A stretch of DNA of 64,000 nucleotides from a virus: positions 37,472-101,471 of the IMG/VR virus record IMGVR_UViG_3300045988_037736, one strand, 5' to 3'. How positions within the stretch are numbered: the first letter of the stretch is position 1; each line of letters opens with the position of its first letter. The position numbers and the translations under genes were made by a program. The notes beneath the pieces were generated by a model. The model saw only the letters and a program-made list of their open reading frames with translations. It ran no database searches and was not told where the DNA came from. This document shows positions 63,550 to 64,000 of this stretch, piece after piece.

Positions 63550-64000
63550 GAACCTGCTTATAGTAATACCAAGGAATGTTCTTAAGGTAAGCTGGACAGC
63601 AGAATTTGCAAAGTGGTGGGCTGATTGTAAGCTCAATATTACTTTCACAACATATGTATCTTTCCCCAAGCACAAAGGTAGTTGGGACTTTATCATCTTT
63701 GATGAAGCTCATCACCTTTCAGAGAGGTGTAGAGAGGCACTATGTGACTTTACAACAGACTATACTGTGCTACTTTCAGCTACAGTAAAGAAGGATTTGA
63801 GGGAAGAACTTAAAGAGGTCTTTGATGACCTCTACTATTACAATACTGCCCTAAGGGAAGCTATTGATAATGGTGTACTTCCTGACCCAACAGTCTACCT
63901 ACTTCCTCTCTCTCTTGATAATAGACTTCCCAATGAGAGAATTATAAAGAACCCTAAAGCAAAAGGTAGGGTCATTTATAGTTCTTGGGCTGAGAGATGG
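63416..64000 (+). CDS. DEAD/DEAH-box (SF2) helicase, 3' partial
   Basis: Manual translation MTREEVLEEVKTIPNRNVLLTLPTGFGKS (Walker A / motif I) ... LLIVIPRNVL (motif Ia) ... FIIFDEAHHLSE (motif II, DEAH) ... LLSAT (motif III). Start overlaps the glucosaminidase gene by ~134 nt in another frame. Confidence 0.6.
   Translation, partial: MTREEVLEEVKTIPNRNVLLTLPTGFGKSRNAIERIKHFAKRKHKNLLIVIPRNVLKVSWTAEFAKWWADCKLNITFTTYVSFPKHKGSWDFIIFDEAHHLSERCREALCDFTTDYTVLLSATVKKDLREELKEVFDDLYYYNTALREAIDNGVLPDPTVYLLPLSLDNRLPNERIIKNPKAKGRVIYSSWAERW

Noticed and set aside
1-64000. CRISPR arrays, IS elements/transposases, integrase/attachment sites
   Set aside because: No regularly spaced direct repeats, no transposase- or integrase-like ORFs, and no tRNA-3'-end duplications suggestive of att sites were seen.

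Overview
This 64-kb window reads as a low-GC, crAss-like (Crassvirales-type) phage segment, read by eye from the sequence and the ORF track; coordinates are approximate (±1-3 nt) and no tools were run.

Coordinates 1-44,280 are a minus-strand morphogenesis module. Nearly all its large genes look broken in the ORF track because in-frame TAG codons, which I read as Gln, split them into pieces. Stitching the pieces by frame reconstructs:
- a giant gene of more than 1,840 codons running off the window start;
- a 897-codon gene (6943..9633);
- a roughly 1,590-codon tail-fibre-like gene (9790..14553);
- a portal candidate (33833..36202);
- a terminase large subunit (36303..40709) interrupted by two LAGLIDADG inteins;
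- a major-capsid candidate (22307..23821) and others.
Three GIY-YIG homing endonuclease genes are interspersed among these.

Coordinates 44,288-49,005 are a minus-strand tRNA array of about 23 to 25 tRNAs. It includes an amber suppressor tRNA (anticodon CTA) whose body closely matches the tRNA-Gln(TTG) in the same array, which accounts for the TAG recoding. The array also contains an amidase endolysin gene, an HNH endonuclease gene, a small Cys-rich CPC/CPC/CHC protein gene and two structurally aberrant tRNA-like genes.

Coordinates 49,000-52,800 carry small minus-strand genes, including an HExxH mini-metallopeptidase. Coordinates 52,800-53,290 are a divergent control region with a sigma70-like promoter and a four-copy direct repeat.

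Coordinates 53,290-64,000 are a plus-strand module in the standard code (no in-frame TAG). It holds tandem paralogous small genes, a vWA-domain protein, a membrane-anchored glucosaminidase and the 5' part of a helicase.

Embedded in the plus-strand module are several unusual RNA genes:
- tRNA-Arg(CCT);
- a tRNA whose anticodon loop is interrupted by a 566-nt insertion carrying tRNA-Arg(TCT) and an HNH endonuclease gene;
- a roughly 393-nt tmRNA (ssrA-like) gene with a G3:U70 pair and a tag reading frame ending ...MAA-TAA;
- a cluster at 60.4-61.4 kb with tRNA halves in permuted order (3' half before 5' half), a split tRNA, a tRNA with a 12-nt anticodon loop, and a recurring ACTTACAATACTA motif ahead of each T-arm segment.
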